DNA of 64,000 nucleotides, taken from the NCBI RefSeq assembly GCF_001949145.1, contig NW_019091355.1:618083-682082 (forward strand), read 5' to 3'. The translations under genes were made by a program, and so were the position numbers. The notes beneath the pieces are model-generated. The model was given only the letters and a program-made list of their open reading frames with translations, ran no database searches and had not been told where the DNA came from. Origin of the DNA: Acanthaster planci (Eukaryota). Shown here one piece after another: positions 37,901-49,460 of the stretch (its first letter is position 1; the number at the start of each line of letters is the position of its first letter).

Positions 37901-39226
37901 GTCTCTGTAAGATCAGAAGGAATCTTACTTTATGTGCAGCAAAATCACGGGTGGTGTTTTTGGAAAGTTGCCAACTTCCACCTTCATGCAGAATGTCAAC
38001 AAAGAAAAGCGGTATCAGAATACCACTAATGTAAACGCTGATGCCATAACCATAAAAAAACAGTTGGTCAAGTAGTCCTACAAATATCAACAAAACAAAC
38101 ATGATACATGTATACGAGATACAATGCACATTGTTTGCACCTAAATAAAAACTCGCAGCCATTCAAACTTCATTAAATTGCCCATGGTTTACAGCGATGA
38201 ATTTTCAAAAGAGGACACTCCACTTTTCAAAGGGTTTAAAAGGCTCAAAAAGGGCATTAGGGTGTCAGGAATAGACCCATTTGAATTTCAACTTAATATC
38301 CTCACTCTTGAAGAGAAGTTGTGACAGAATACACATCTAGCTTACTGTCTGCAAGTAACACTAAAAAGGGATTCCTGGATTTTTCCAATATCTAAGTCAT
38401 TCATTCTATACAGTAAATTAATGTCATCTACCAGTAATTTGATTAGTACATAACTGAGAAATTTTCTGGATAAAAATTAATGAAAACAGAAAAAAAAAAA
38501 ATCTTTCCAAAGTTAATTTGACAACTGTTTGCCAATTTAGGAACTCAATGTGGCAAAACTTCCATGATAAATCTGAGTAGTTCAGACGACGTTAGCTGGC
38601 CTAGTGCCACATGTTTTGTACTTAAGCCTAGTGCATTTATGATTTATACCCTGTCCTGTAGTTTCTTTTGTAATGTCTAGTTCTTTGTTGATGGTGGGTC
38701 ACAGAAATTCAAAGGTCCCTATTTACTAGGCCTGGTTATCCCTGAAGACAACTCTTTTTTTGCCATTCAAGTAAGACCTGCGAACCTTTGGTTACACACA
38801 CTGTGTGATTTCATCATTCAAAACAGTCCATGCATACGTGACAACATTGAGGTCTAAAGTCATGAAAGTACATTCATTAAAAATAAATACCGAATCGTTC
38901 ATCATTTGCCGTTTTATAAAAACAAATACCTGGCTTGGAAAACAAGACACCTTCAACATAAACACACCCTTCCCTTTTCGTACATATCTTTAGGGTATTT
39001 GTGCACCAAGCTTGAAACAGTGTCGAGTTGAAGGACAAATATTGAAAAGTTCAAGTTTGGGTTCATAATCTTTTTTTTTTTTACCTCCTGGAGTTGTACC
39101 AAACATTGTACCGCCAGGCGTTGTGCAGTAGTCCGACGGCAGCTCTTTCGGGTCGTTGACGAGCACTTTCCTCGTCGGAATTTCCTTCGTTCCGCTCATC
39201 TGACGCGACGGTGGCGGGCCTGACAT
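34934..39226 (-). CDS. EIF4EBP: Eukaryotic translation initiation factor 4E-binding protein (4E-BP), 3 exons, 118 aa
   Basis: Exons 39085-39226, 35741-35917 and 34934-34971 (357 nt). Motifs: [27 protein letters not shown] (two TP phosphosites and the YxxxxL-phi eIF4E-binding motif), DSPLARTPP, and the C-terminal TOS motif FEMDI. Confidence 0.97.
37523..37581. mobile_element. 59-bp TTAA-flanked palindromic mini-element, copy 2
   Basis: TTAACCCTAACCCTTCTCA ... TGAGGAGGGTTAGGGTTAA, with the same ATCCTTCACCTGTTG core as copy 1. Confidence 0.75.
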
Positions 39227-39366
39227 GGTTCCTGGGTTGTTCGAGTCAATCTAGCGGTCGAGATTGGGGTCAAAATGCATGGATTTGGCGTCGAACCAGG
39301 CCAGAATTCGATGTGACGATGTTACATTCGTCAGGCCTCGCGTCACGAGTCGAGTGCAGGAGAACG

Positions 39367-39614
39367 AGGTCAAAGGTTCATTTCATGACGTCACTGTGTT
39401 TATCATTAAATTTTATTCGTGACAATTTGCAGCTTTTCTGATGTTTGTGAATGTTTTGACCAATTTCTGGTTTTTAAATCACTAAATGATGTGATAGATT
39501 CAATGTGTAGATTTTTATATCCAGCAAATATTGGTTAGGCTTTACACACCAGTTGAAATTTACATATAACAGCACTGGCCTTTCAGTGTTACATAATACG
39601 TTGCTTGTAAACAA
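39367..39614 (-). promoter_or_regulatory. Putative 4E-BP proximal promoter with CRE, nuclear-receptor direct repeat and FOXO motifs
   Basis: CpG-rich segment upstream of the ATG, containing AGGTCAAAGGTTCA 39367-39380, TGACGTCA 39386-39393 and GTAAACAA 39607-39614. Confidence 0.5.
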
Positions 39615-42037
39615 GACGTGACGCACGAGTAATCCCGGCGAACTTTCAACACAGCCAATTATACATTTTTCATTTAAATAAAAACTGTATTACTTGTTCT
39701 TGATGTCTTCTTTTTAAAATGATGCCTTACCCGCTCCTCCATCGCAGGGAAAAATCCAATCAAAGCTCCGTGAACTGATGCTGGATCTCCGGCTAGAATT
39801 AGCCGGCTTGGTACAAGCTATTTGCAAGCTCTAAAATTGGTAAAAAATGCACAGGCTATAAACCTTCCCAAGCCTGATTCCATGGATGAAAAAAAAACAA
39901 GGAGCACAAACAAATAGCACTGATCTGAATAACAAATCAAACTAATTATTTGGAACTCCTAGAATTATGTTTCTTTATTCGTCTGGAATTTTCTTTGTAC
40001 CTCTCCAAAGTTACATTTACAAGGTTTTTCTATACATTAACAATTACATCACTGATACTTTCTTCCTCAAAATTCATAGCTTTGCGAAAATCTAAAAACA
40101 GTTCAACCCTAAACCTCACTACCTATATAGCCCTGTCAGAAATTAATTCTCAAAAGAAAAAAATGAAAATAAAGTTGTTACACTGAGAAACACGATTATG
40201 ACAGGCATTGTCCAAAAATTCTGAGCTTTCCTGCAAGAAAAGAAAAAAATCAACAGCTAAACTGAGGAAACTTTGGTTTATACAAAACGGGATTTGAAAA
40301 GGCCAGTAAACGACAGAGCAAATATTTGATAATAAATAGAGTGACCCCCTTTATTTTTTGATCAATACATTTTTCCAATATGCAATTTTTGAAAATCACA
40401 ATGACAAAACTGATGCTTTTTCCATCAAAAGAACATTATTAGAAATTATCTTCCCTGATTTTAAATTCTGTTTGGAAATTAAACCATGGAAATCTTATAA
40501 ACATTTATGACAAATGTTTTGACAATATTTCCAAATACTCAATCTTAATTTTTATGGGGAAAAAGTGACTGAATATAATAAACATCTTGGCCAGGATAAG
40601 AGACCAGTACAAATCTGCATTTTAAAACAACTGCTATCTGTGTTGCTGAAAAACAAATAATCATACTTCTGGGGGGAAAATACAGTATGCTATTGTTTCT
40701 GAAAATGGAAGGAAAAGGCCTGTTTACAAAGAAATTTTGAATTACTCAGCATAACAAGTTAAACCCACAACTGCAATTATTTGGTAATCGACCAGTCTAT
40801 TATTTCAAATCACAATGAAGCTGTACAATAAAGAAGTTACAAAAGCATTCAAGGTCAAAGTGAGCATAATTGTAAGTCAAAACAACGTACCTTCAAAAAC
40901 ACATATAAATTGACTTGCAACCAACGGCACAAACTTAATCTCCAAGAAACTGCAAACCTTCCACCAGTGAGTAGTTTAATTTTGATGAGTTTCCCACATT
41001 CTACCCAAGACCCCTTAATAAACACCTGACAAAAGTCTGTCCCATCAAACGTAAATAAACTGAAAAATACTCACATCAAGAAAGAATCTTATACTGAAAT
41101 TTGTTTAAGTGACTCATGTTTACAAATTTTCTCCCTTAGGTTAATCAGTTCAAGACATGAAACAAAATGAAAGTGCTCATAAAATATGCGCATAATACTA
41201 TCATTAATATATACATGTACAATGAATGATAAACGTCCGTTTAAATTATCCACATTCAAGCAAATTTACAAAAATAGACAGCTCACCTAAAAGAAAGAAT
41301 TCAACCCTTTTGGAGGCATTACACATCATGGAGCAATCTATCTGCCAGTGAGGCTTTACAACCCCTGCTTTGCTAATGGCAGAATCCGTAGATTCATTAC
41401 AGGGAATGCTGGCCCGGGTCAATCCACTACGTTAAAGAGGTAAGCTCAGTCCAGCCAATGTGGCCAAAGTAAGGCCATGGATCACAGGAAAAAAATTTGA
41501 AAGCAATGCTGGATGTTTGTGCCATTTGTGGAATGACGTCAATGTGACAGCGCCCTCTTTTGGAGGATATGCACCGTGAAGTTTCAACAGAGCACACCAA
41601 AATTCAAATACAACACAGATCTTGACAAGGTGATCACCTGCATAAGCAATACAAAAGGCTGCATACACATGGTATGGCTATGGCTGCAAACAACTGTCAC
41701 CTATAGAAGTGAGTGGCTAGCGGCTACAGCCATTTGCCATAGACTTGTACATTACCAATAGCTACAGCAAGCTCTGAGTTCTCACAATGACTTCCCATCA
41801 TGCACCGCTACTCCTTACAAACACCCCTCACTGCTTAATTGCTTTAACATAGTTGAATTCCAATGAACATACAACCATGCCGTGAATATTGTACAAAGCA
41901 ACTCAGGGATTATTCCACAAAGGCAGGTTCACCTGTTCCAAAGCCATATTCCCCAATTTATACTACATCCCTACCGTCTTTGATCAGTAGAAGAATCCGT
42001 AATTCAATTGTACATTCTAGTGGACTGTACCACTTGG

Positions 42038-45000
42038 CTAAAGGTGATCTAGTACCTCAATGATCTTGGATATAGATTTATTGCCTGTGTTGCCCGCCGC
42101 ATTCTGTGGGGGAAATAAAAAGGGAAAATAAGAAAATGTAGAAAATAAGCAATGCTTCATATTAGGACCATTACTGGTTTTTCAATGCTGATTTCACATA
42201 TTTGTTGTAGGTCATACTTGCGATATACTCACCGTCAATTCAATGAACGACAGGAACTTCTGTAGCATTTGAACCATGCAGTTGAAGTCACCCTCGGGTA
42301 GGAAACTACGGACGCGAGTTACATTCATCTGAAAATGCCCACCAAAACACATCACTAGCCAAAACACACGGAATGCATTTTTAAGGTCAGTGTAATGCCT
42401 ATCAATGACTGATTTTCAGCTGAATGAGCACAAATTCAAAGTAACTTTGCTTGCATGATGATTGCTCTTTAGTGTCCTTTCAGTGACAATCACTGACATT
42501 TTTAAGGCAAGCCAGAGAACATCCACTGTGACTTATTCCCAAGAGATAATTCCTACGTCATACTTCCAAGAAGCAATGTCTTCCGTTTCATCAGCTCAAA
42601 GAAATCATTCCCTGGTGGATGGAAAGTAACTTACGTGGTTATCCTTAACCAGACATCCAATGAGTAACGCTGTGTAGGACGCCACTATGCTGTCTTCCAT
42701 ATGCTTCCCTGCAGTATGCAGAACTATCACAAGAAACCAAAACATGTCGATTAAAGAGATGCTTGAATTCCTGATTCCTGTGTATTTCACTGCTGTATGT
42801 CTCATGATGGAACTTCCCTGTCTGACTGTTACAACTTTCTTCAAGCACAAAACTCAGTTTTTACTATTTTTTCAATGAGGCTTAGGGCAAAGATCAAAAG
42901 TATTTTTCCCATTCCGACGCAGGTGCAGGGAAGAACAGGCCCATTGTTCTTAATCTCCCGCATTCCTCCATTCAAATGGGCCACGTTCAGAATACGGGAT
43001 CACACCTGAAACTGCATAACAATAGTTCCAAGAAACAATCACACTTGATGCCCTCGGGATGCCAATACAATAGATCTGTGTGGCGATGACAGTGGGCCCG
43101 GAAACCTCACATTTAATATCGTATAAAGAAATGCTGGCCCTAGGGTGTCTCGGAAAATGGTTACGATAGGCCTACATCTCTTGCAGATGACATATTTATG
43201 TACTTGGCAGATGAGTGTAGATTTTTACCTTGTTAATGATCAACAAGTCAGGAAGCCTTGGAAAGTAGAGTTACATGAGCATTTATAATAAACCTTGTTC
43301 TTGAAGTAGCCTTTACTAATTTGGGTACCACCAAAAACTGATGGAATTTTTCAGTGTTGACTCAAGTTGCTGACTCGAACTTGAGTTCATTCCTATTTTT
43401 TCGATTCGGACAAAGCCCAAGGCTCCTTCCTGACATAACGTCCTCACATCGAGTATTCTGATGAGGTATCACTTGTCCCCACAGATAGCTTAAGCCTACC
43501 TTTACTGACAGAACGTTTGATCTCTTCCTCAGTGAGGTCATTAGGTCCTCCGGTCCCTGAGGTTTCAATCTCTAACCACTCCAAGCCGGCTTGTGCCTCA
43601 CTGTAATCCTCGTTCTCATCCTCGTGTTGTTCTTCGCCGGGCTCTGGCTCCCGCTCAGCACGAGATGCTGCACGATACCGCTGCATGAACAGCTGTGTCA
43701 AGGGTAATCAATAAAAATGGATGCCATGCCCTCTTAAAATCTAGCCTATCCAGTCTTTCCATGAACATGTATGCAAGACATTGGTTCGCAGTGGTCTCTA
43801 TGAATGGGATGCACAGGGTTTGCACCTGGGTCAGGTGGAGCTACTGGCTCAGGACCAGGGTGGTTAGAGGAGGCTTATCGGTGGCCTATGCCCCAGGAAG
43901 AGGGGCCACAGGCAGAGATGAGGAGAGGTTGGGCACAAACACAAGGGGTTGGCTGATTAAAGGTATCTAAACATTTACCTGAGTGAGTGCTTCAAGTGAG
44001 CATACTTCCCCACTGGTTGTGAACTTGCCGCTGTCATCCATCTGAGCATCATAGGAGTAACTGGTCATGGTGTTCGTCAGAATCTTAGCATTGCCCGGGC
44101 AATGTTCCACCAGGTTGATCAGAACCCCAAGACTCTGTGCAATGAGATAATACGGTCAGCAAGAGGTGAGATCCCAAGAACCATAAACATGCAACATGCA
44201 GGTGGCCTACATGACTGAATCTCTTCAAAGATACTTAAAAGAGGGCACTGACCTTGACGTTCAATATTCAACTTGCATTATGAGCCCAACAGGTGTCCAA
44301 CGTGCATTATTCAACGACACACAAAAGAGGGCGCTGTTGGTATGGCGCATACTGGTTGCCAAGCAATGCGTTGAACTTACCAGCACCAGGAGATCGAAGC
44401 GTTGGTCATGGGCGATATGCTGAGCCACCTTCAGCACACAGACCAAGGTATTGCTGATCAGACCTGACTGCTCACCAACCTTCATACTTCCCCATTCTGT
44501 ATATAAAAAAAAAAAATAGCGCAGTTACATTCCTATCAACAACTGTTGAAGGCTCAAACTTCAACGTCTCAGTGAATGAAATTCTTGTTCTTACCATTAT
44601 CGTGGGTGATGTTCAGAAGAACTCGCAACAATGCCAGCAGGCACTGCCTCATTCTACCGCCTGGCGTCTTCTCTTTACCTACGCGTAACGTTCTTTCTTG
44701 GTCTCGGCAACACTCGACGCGCTGAGCACATAACGGGAGCATACTGAGGAATATAGGAATTTCAACGGAAAACATGTTATCTTAGGAAAATTTCAATTTG
44801 AAGGGTCTAAGAATGGAATGATTATGGTACAATCTAAGCAGCAAAATGCAACAAACTGCATCTCGTAGCTCAAGGATGTTACCTTGCAAAGGCCTTGACC
44901 AAACTACAGTCATTCAGCTCCAAGAGATATTGCTGGTTCTCTGTGTTCAGAAATGTGACGTTCTCCAGGACGCGCAGACACCAGCTGAGTCGATTAATTA

Positions 45001-48000
45001 GCTCCAAGTTGGCCGGGTCAGAGCCTGGGGTCAAGGCTGCGAGCTTCTCCCCTAAGCTGATCACTGGAAAGGCAACACATTCCCTATCACTCAAAACAAA
45101 GGTTATCTTCAAGTTCACCCAGTCACTGCTAAACACAGACCTGAAGTCTTGAAGTCCTAAGACTGTCGATAATCAATGGTGGGCCACGATCCCCTAAGCA
45201 TGCATGCTACGTTACATTTTACTGGAGAGATTTCAAAAGTTCATGAAAATGCACCCTTAGTGAATATCTATTTCAATACAACTTGTGTACCTGTGTCTGC
45301 AATGTGTTCCAGGCCTCCAAACTGACGTAGCTCTTCTTTAAACCATTCACCGGCTCGGCGGGATGTCAACGACAGTAGAGACTCCATGGCCAAATATTCA
45401 CTCTGCAGCAAGCAAAAAATCAGGCAAATTCACCAAGGAGACAAACAGTTTTAAGACCACTTATGTTTTGCCAAGTTCTGGAATGTAGATAGGCTCTGGC
45501 ATTTTGCCCAAAATTTCAGGTAAGCCACAAATGTTTCTCCGCATTTGAGGCGCCTGAAATCAGGCTATCACAGGAAGACACTGAACCCTACGATCTGGCA
45601 CATTCACACAGATGTCTCATGCAGTGAGATCTTACTGACAAGCCATCCAGATCCAAGTCTTTGGCCATGGTGCAGGTGCTAGGAACCTCTTGCAGTATGC
45701 TTCTCAACTTCTCCTTGGTGCGATCATAGTCTTGCTTCTTGATCTCTGACCAATCGTCTTGGGACATCTCGGATTCCACGCTCAGCAGCCGGACAAGCAG
45801 ACCCAGGCTGTCCCGGTCCAAGTCCATGTTGAGACGGTCGCGACTCAACATGTACATCAGGCCGGCAGTGCATAAAGCGAGGCTCTGAGAATAAAGATAG
45901 TCAAAACCTTGGTTTTAGGATGTGAGACAGGGATACAGGTATAGTCAAATCAAGAGTAAAGGAACAAGTCAGGAAAGGTTGGACATGTTGAAGCAACAGG
46001 GGTGAACAATGACAATAGACAATGTCAACAAATTAAATTCCAACAGCTAAAGACTTGACTCAAGACCGAATGCCTTGTGATAAACTGACCAGTTACATCA
46101 ACTTATGATGGTGACTTCGGAAACATGTAATGACCACCCTCCCACGAGATGGGCCGAAAATATCGGTACGGCCAGGAGGGAGTCAAGTGGTGATTTCAAG
46201 CTCTTAGTTTGTATTGTCCAATCACCATCCTAGATTTTCCGGCTGCTATCAATCATGGTATGACTTACTGGAAAGTGGTCTGCATCCCTGAGGGCAGCAA
46301 ACAGCTTACTAATGGTCCCATGAGCACGCAGGTGAAGACGGAATGCAGGCACCGCACACTTCTCAACTAAGCTGAGAGTACTGGAGGCGTGAAAACAAAT
46401 TCACATCAGTGAGGATTAAAAAAGGGAGGGGGGGGCATTTCAGATCAGGCTTCAGACCAATTACTTCTTAGAACCGTCAGAGTTATTTACTCACCATCTT
46501 TATAACAATTGGCCCTTGCTAACAGCTGGCCACTCAAAATCAGGTTTTGATTATTGACTTATTCTGTTGACATGGGAGGCTAGTGAATGGGGAAAAAATA
46601 CCTGAGGCAGCGCGTGGATGTGGAAACCATCGGGTCCAAGCCGTCTCGGAGATATTCAATGTCGTCCGCATACTGTTGGCTCTCTCCTGACTCCTGACAC
46701 TGAGTGGCTTGCTTGACATGCTGTACAACGGTATAGAGCTACAGGATAGAGGAAAGTTCAGTGAATGGTTAGATTCCCACAGAAATCTGAAAACCAAATT
46801 CCATGATTTTACCAGGGTTTTCCAGTACTATGACATTTAATGCCATTTTACAAAGAAAAGTTGTTTTGTATGATGACCTGGAAGACTGCCATAGTCACTG
46901 ATTAAGACTGCCAAGAATAACCTTTACAGTTATCATTATTCTTGTATTAAATCAAAACCAGCTCATCAAAAAATAACCATTACATCATCTCGATTTGCAC
47001 GACTTTTTACCCTCTTTCAGTAGGATTCCATGGCAAACTATTTTTCGGAATTGTCTGTGGCATTCCAAGATATTTTTTCCAGGATATTCAATTACCGTGG
47101 GAACCTTGGTATTGACTGTACATGTTCTCTGTTAGCCATATCTGCTGTTCACTTAAGCTCTCCACTGATCTTAGCTGCCATATGACCAATTTCTTTTCAG
47201 CTAGGCTTGCGTGTCAAAGAATTCATTGAAATCCTCCTTGAACTGAAGGCTGCTTTCTGAGGGAAACTTTTGGAGCGCAAGATTTTCTTCGTCTGCTTAC
47301 CCCTTTCTCCTGTTTGTCACACTTCAACGAGGTCACAATGGAATGGTTCACCTTGGTCGGATAGGTAACCTGCCTGGTGAGCCCCTTGACACCACCTTTG
47401 ACCTCTGGTCTAGCACCACGACTGCTGTAGCCACTAGTCGATGCCCGACTGGAAGGATCTGACTGATATTTTCTCAGGGATGGCTGTGATTTAGGCTTTT
47501 TCATTACACTCTTTTCCTGTTGGGCAAAGACGTTGAATGTGCAACAAAAGCAACATTAACAAATCCATAGTTTTAGCTGGAAAAAAGCTATGTTGCCAAG
47601 AAAAATGCTGGTCCTTGTAACAAAGTTTAAAAGTATGGATCACCTTATAGACCATATGTGCATGTGGTCACACCGTGTATGACGCATCATGAAAACAGCA
47701 CATCGTGTATGTCATGCGCACCGTCAATGCTTAAGGCGCTACAGTACTTCTCTAAGTCGTACATTTCATTTCATCAATGTCTATGCGCTGGACGTTAATC
47801 TTGACTTACTTCTTTTTTGCTGAAATGCTTTGCTCTTGGGACATCAAGTCAGTGTAATGCAAAGCAAAAGTGGCAGAGCTTAACACTTTGGAATCTAACA
47901 ACATTCTACTACAGGTACTAGACCAATCCCATCATGGAATGACAATGTACATTACCTCTGGTTCCTCAGGGCTGCTGGGTGTGTTCCAGGACCGAGCATT

Positions 48001-49460
48001 GTAGCGAGCTTTAGCAGGTGACTAAGGAAAAAACACAAAGAAATCGTAAACCTGAACCTTTATCGCAAGTTACCCAGGAAGTGCAGACTTTTACTAATTG
48101 AATCCTATCTCAGTCACTTTTTTGGCTCAACCAAATCAATGCATCTGGTAAATTACAATTAGTCCTTTCATTTAAACACCTTGGAGAGAAGTCATTTTGA
48201 TTCAGTCTGTCATGTAGTATAATCACATTTCAATGGCTGATATACTGGATATGTACAATTTACACTGAGAACACAAAGACTGTAAAATGAAAAGTTGAAT
48301 CTGATGACGAAATTTGATTTTACCTTTTTGGGGCTATTGAAAATTTTCTTAGCCATGTTGTCCTTGAAGTCAGTGATTGCATTGGACGTATCTGGGTTGT
48401 CTTCGGCATCTGACTCCCCGCTATCTGTGAAGTCAAATTCGTCTTTGGCCGAGACTGTGACAGATGGTAAACTTGCCTGTTGAGGCTTGGGGGGTATGGT
48501 TTTCTGCGAGGGTGCTTGCAAGGGATTGGAAGGTTTGCTTGAAGTCTGATTGGTCGTAGAACTCAACTGGGGGTCTGAGATTGATATGACTGATTGGGTG
48601 CCATCTCCATCAGAAAGGAGCATAACGGCATCATCTTCACTGGAGCTGGCCCGGGTAATGACGGAATTCAGGACTTGTGAGGGAGATAGTCTGCCTGAGT
48701 TTGGTGTGCTGTTTAGACTATAGAGGGCACTGCTCGACTCTGAGGAATTGCTGACCTGAGAGAGAGACTCCACAGAGTTCGTGGATGCGGACTTCGGGTG
48801 TGGCTTGTCAGCATTTGAGCGGCTGTTAGAGGGTGCAGCCACTATCGTTCTCACTGCATCATTGGAATTGGACAGGGCTGAGGTCGCTTTGTATGGAGCT
48901 GAGCGATCAGACTCGTTGTGGGAGAGCTTCTTAGCATACCGCATGATGGATGCTTGCTTTTTCGTTCGGTCCCCCAGTGCTATCGGCTTGGTATTTCCAG
49001 AGGATCGGGTTTGTATCTTGCTGTCGGCTAGTGCCTGGGCACTGCTTGCCCTCGTTTGTCTCATTGCCGGCTGACTCTCAAGTCCAGAGAATTTGTTGGG
49101 GGATGTGGTGACTGTCCGTGCATCACTCCTCTTAATAGGGGAGCGTGATGCATCATCGTCACTACTAAAACTAAATGGGTCGTCGCTTCCACTATCCATT
49201 CGCCGTCTCTTAGGACTGCCGAGGGTATCCATCTCAGAGTTCCGTGTAGACCGTACTGCGTTCCCAGGGGCTGTCTGTTTCACCACTGCATTGTGGGATT
49301 TCATTGGGGAGGTTTTGGTGGGCGATGCTTTCGTGGGAGAAGAGCGTGTCACCGGTCGTCGACGGGCGTTAGAGTCAGTGAAAAGATCGTCAAATTGTTT
49401 ATTGGCAGATGTGCCTGCACGTAATGTACGGCTGTAAGTCTTGGCACCATATCTTGGCAT
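42038..49460 (-). CDS. WAPL: Wings apart-like cohesin release factor, 15 coding exons, 1024 aa
   Basis: Exons 48324-49460, 47956-48021, 47301-47516, 46602-46738, 46269-46380, 45636-45884, 45291-45402, 44883-45063, 44595-44743, 44381-44496, 43979-44134, 43500-43692, 42635-42723, 42233-42328, 42038-42103 (3075 nt). Motifs: [77 protein letters not shown], and C-terminus [14 protein letters not shown] probable 5' UTR exon has its donor at 50508 and acceptor at 49475. Confidence 0.96.

Noticed and set aside
47810..47910. GTAAGT donor in a WAPL intron as a possible extra exon
   Set aside because: Candidate acceptors give a 10-nt frameshifting exon or in-frame stops, and the flanking exons already join in frame.
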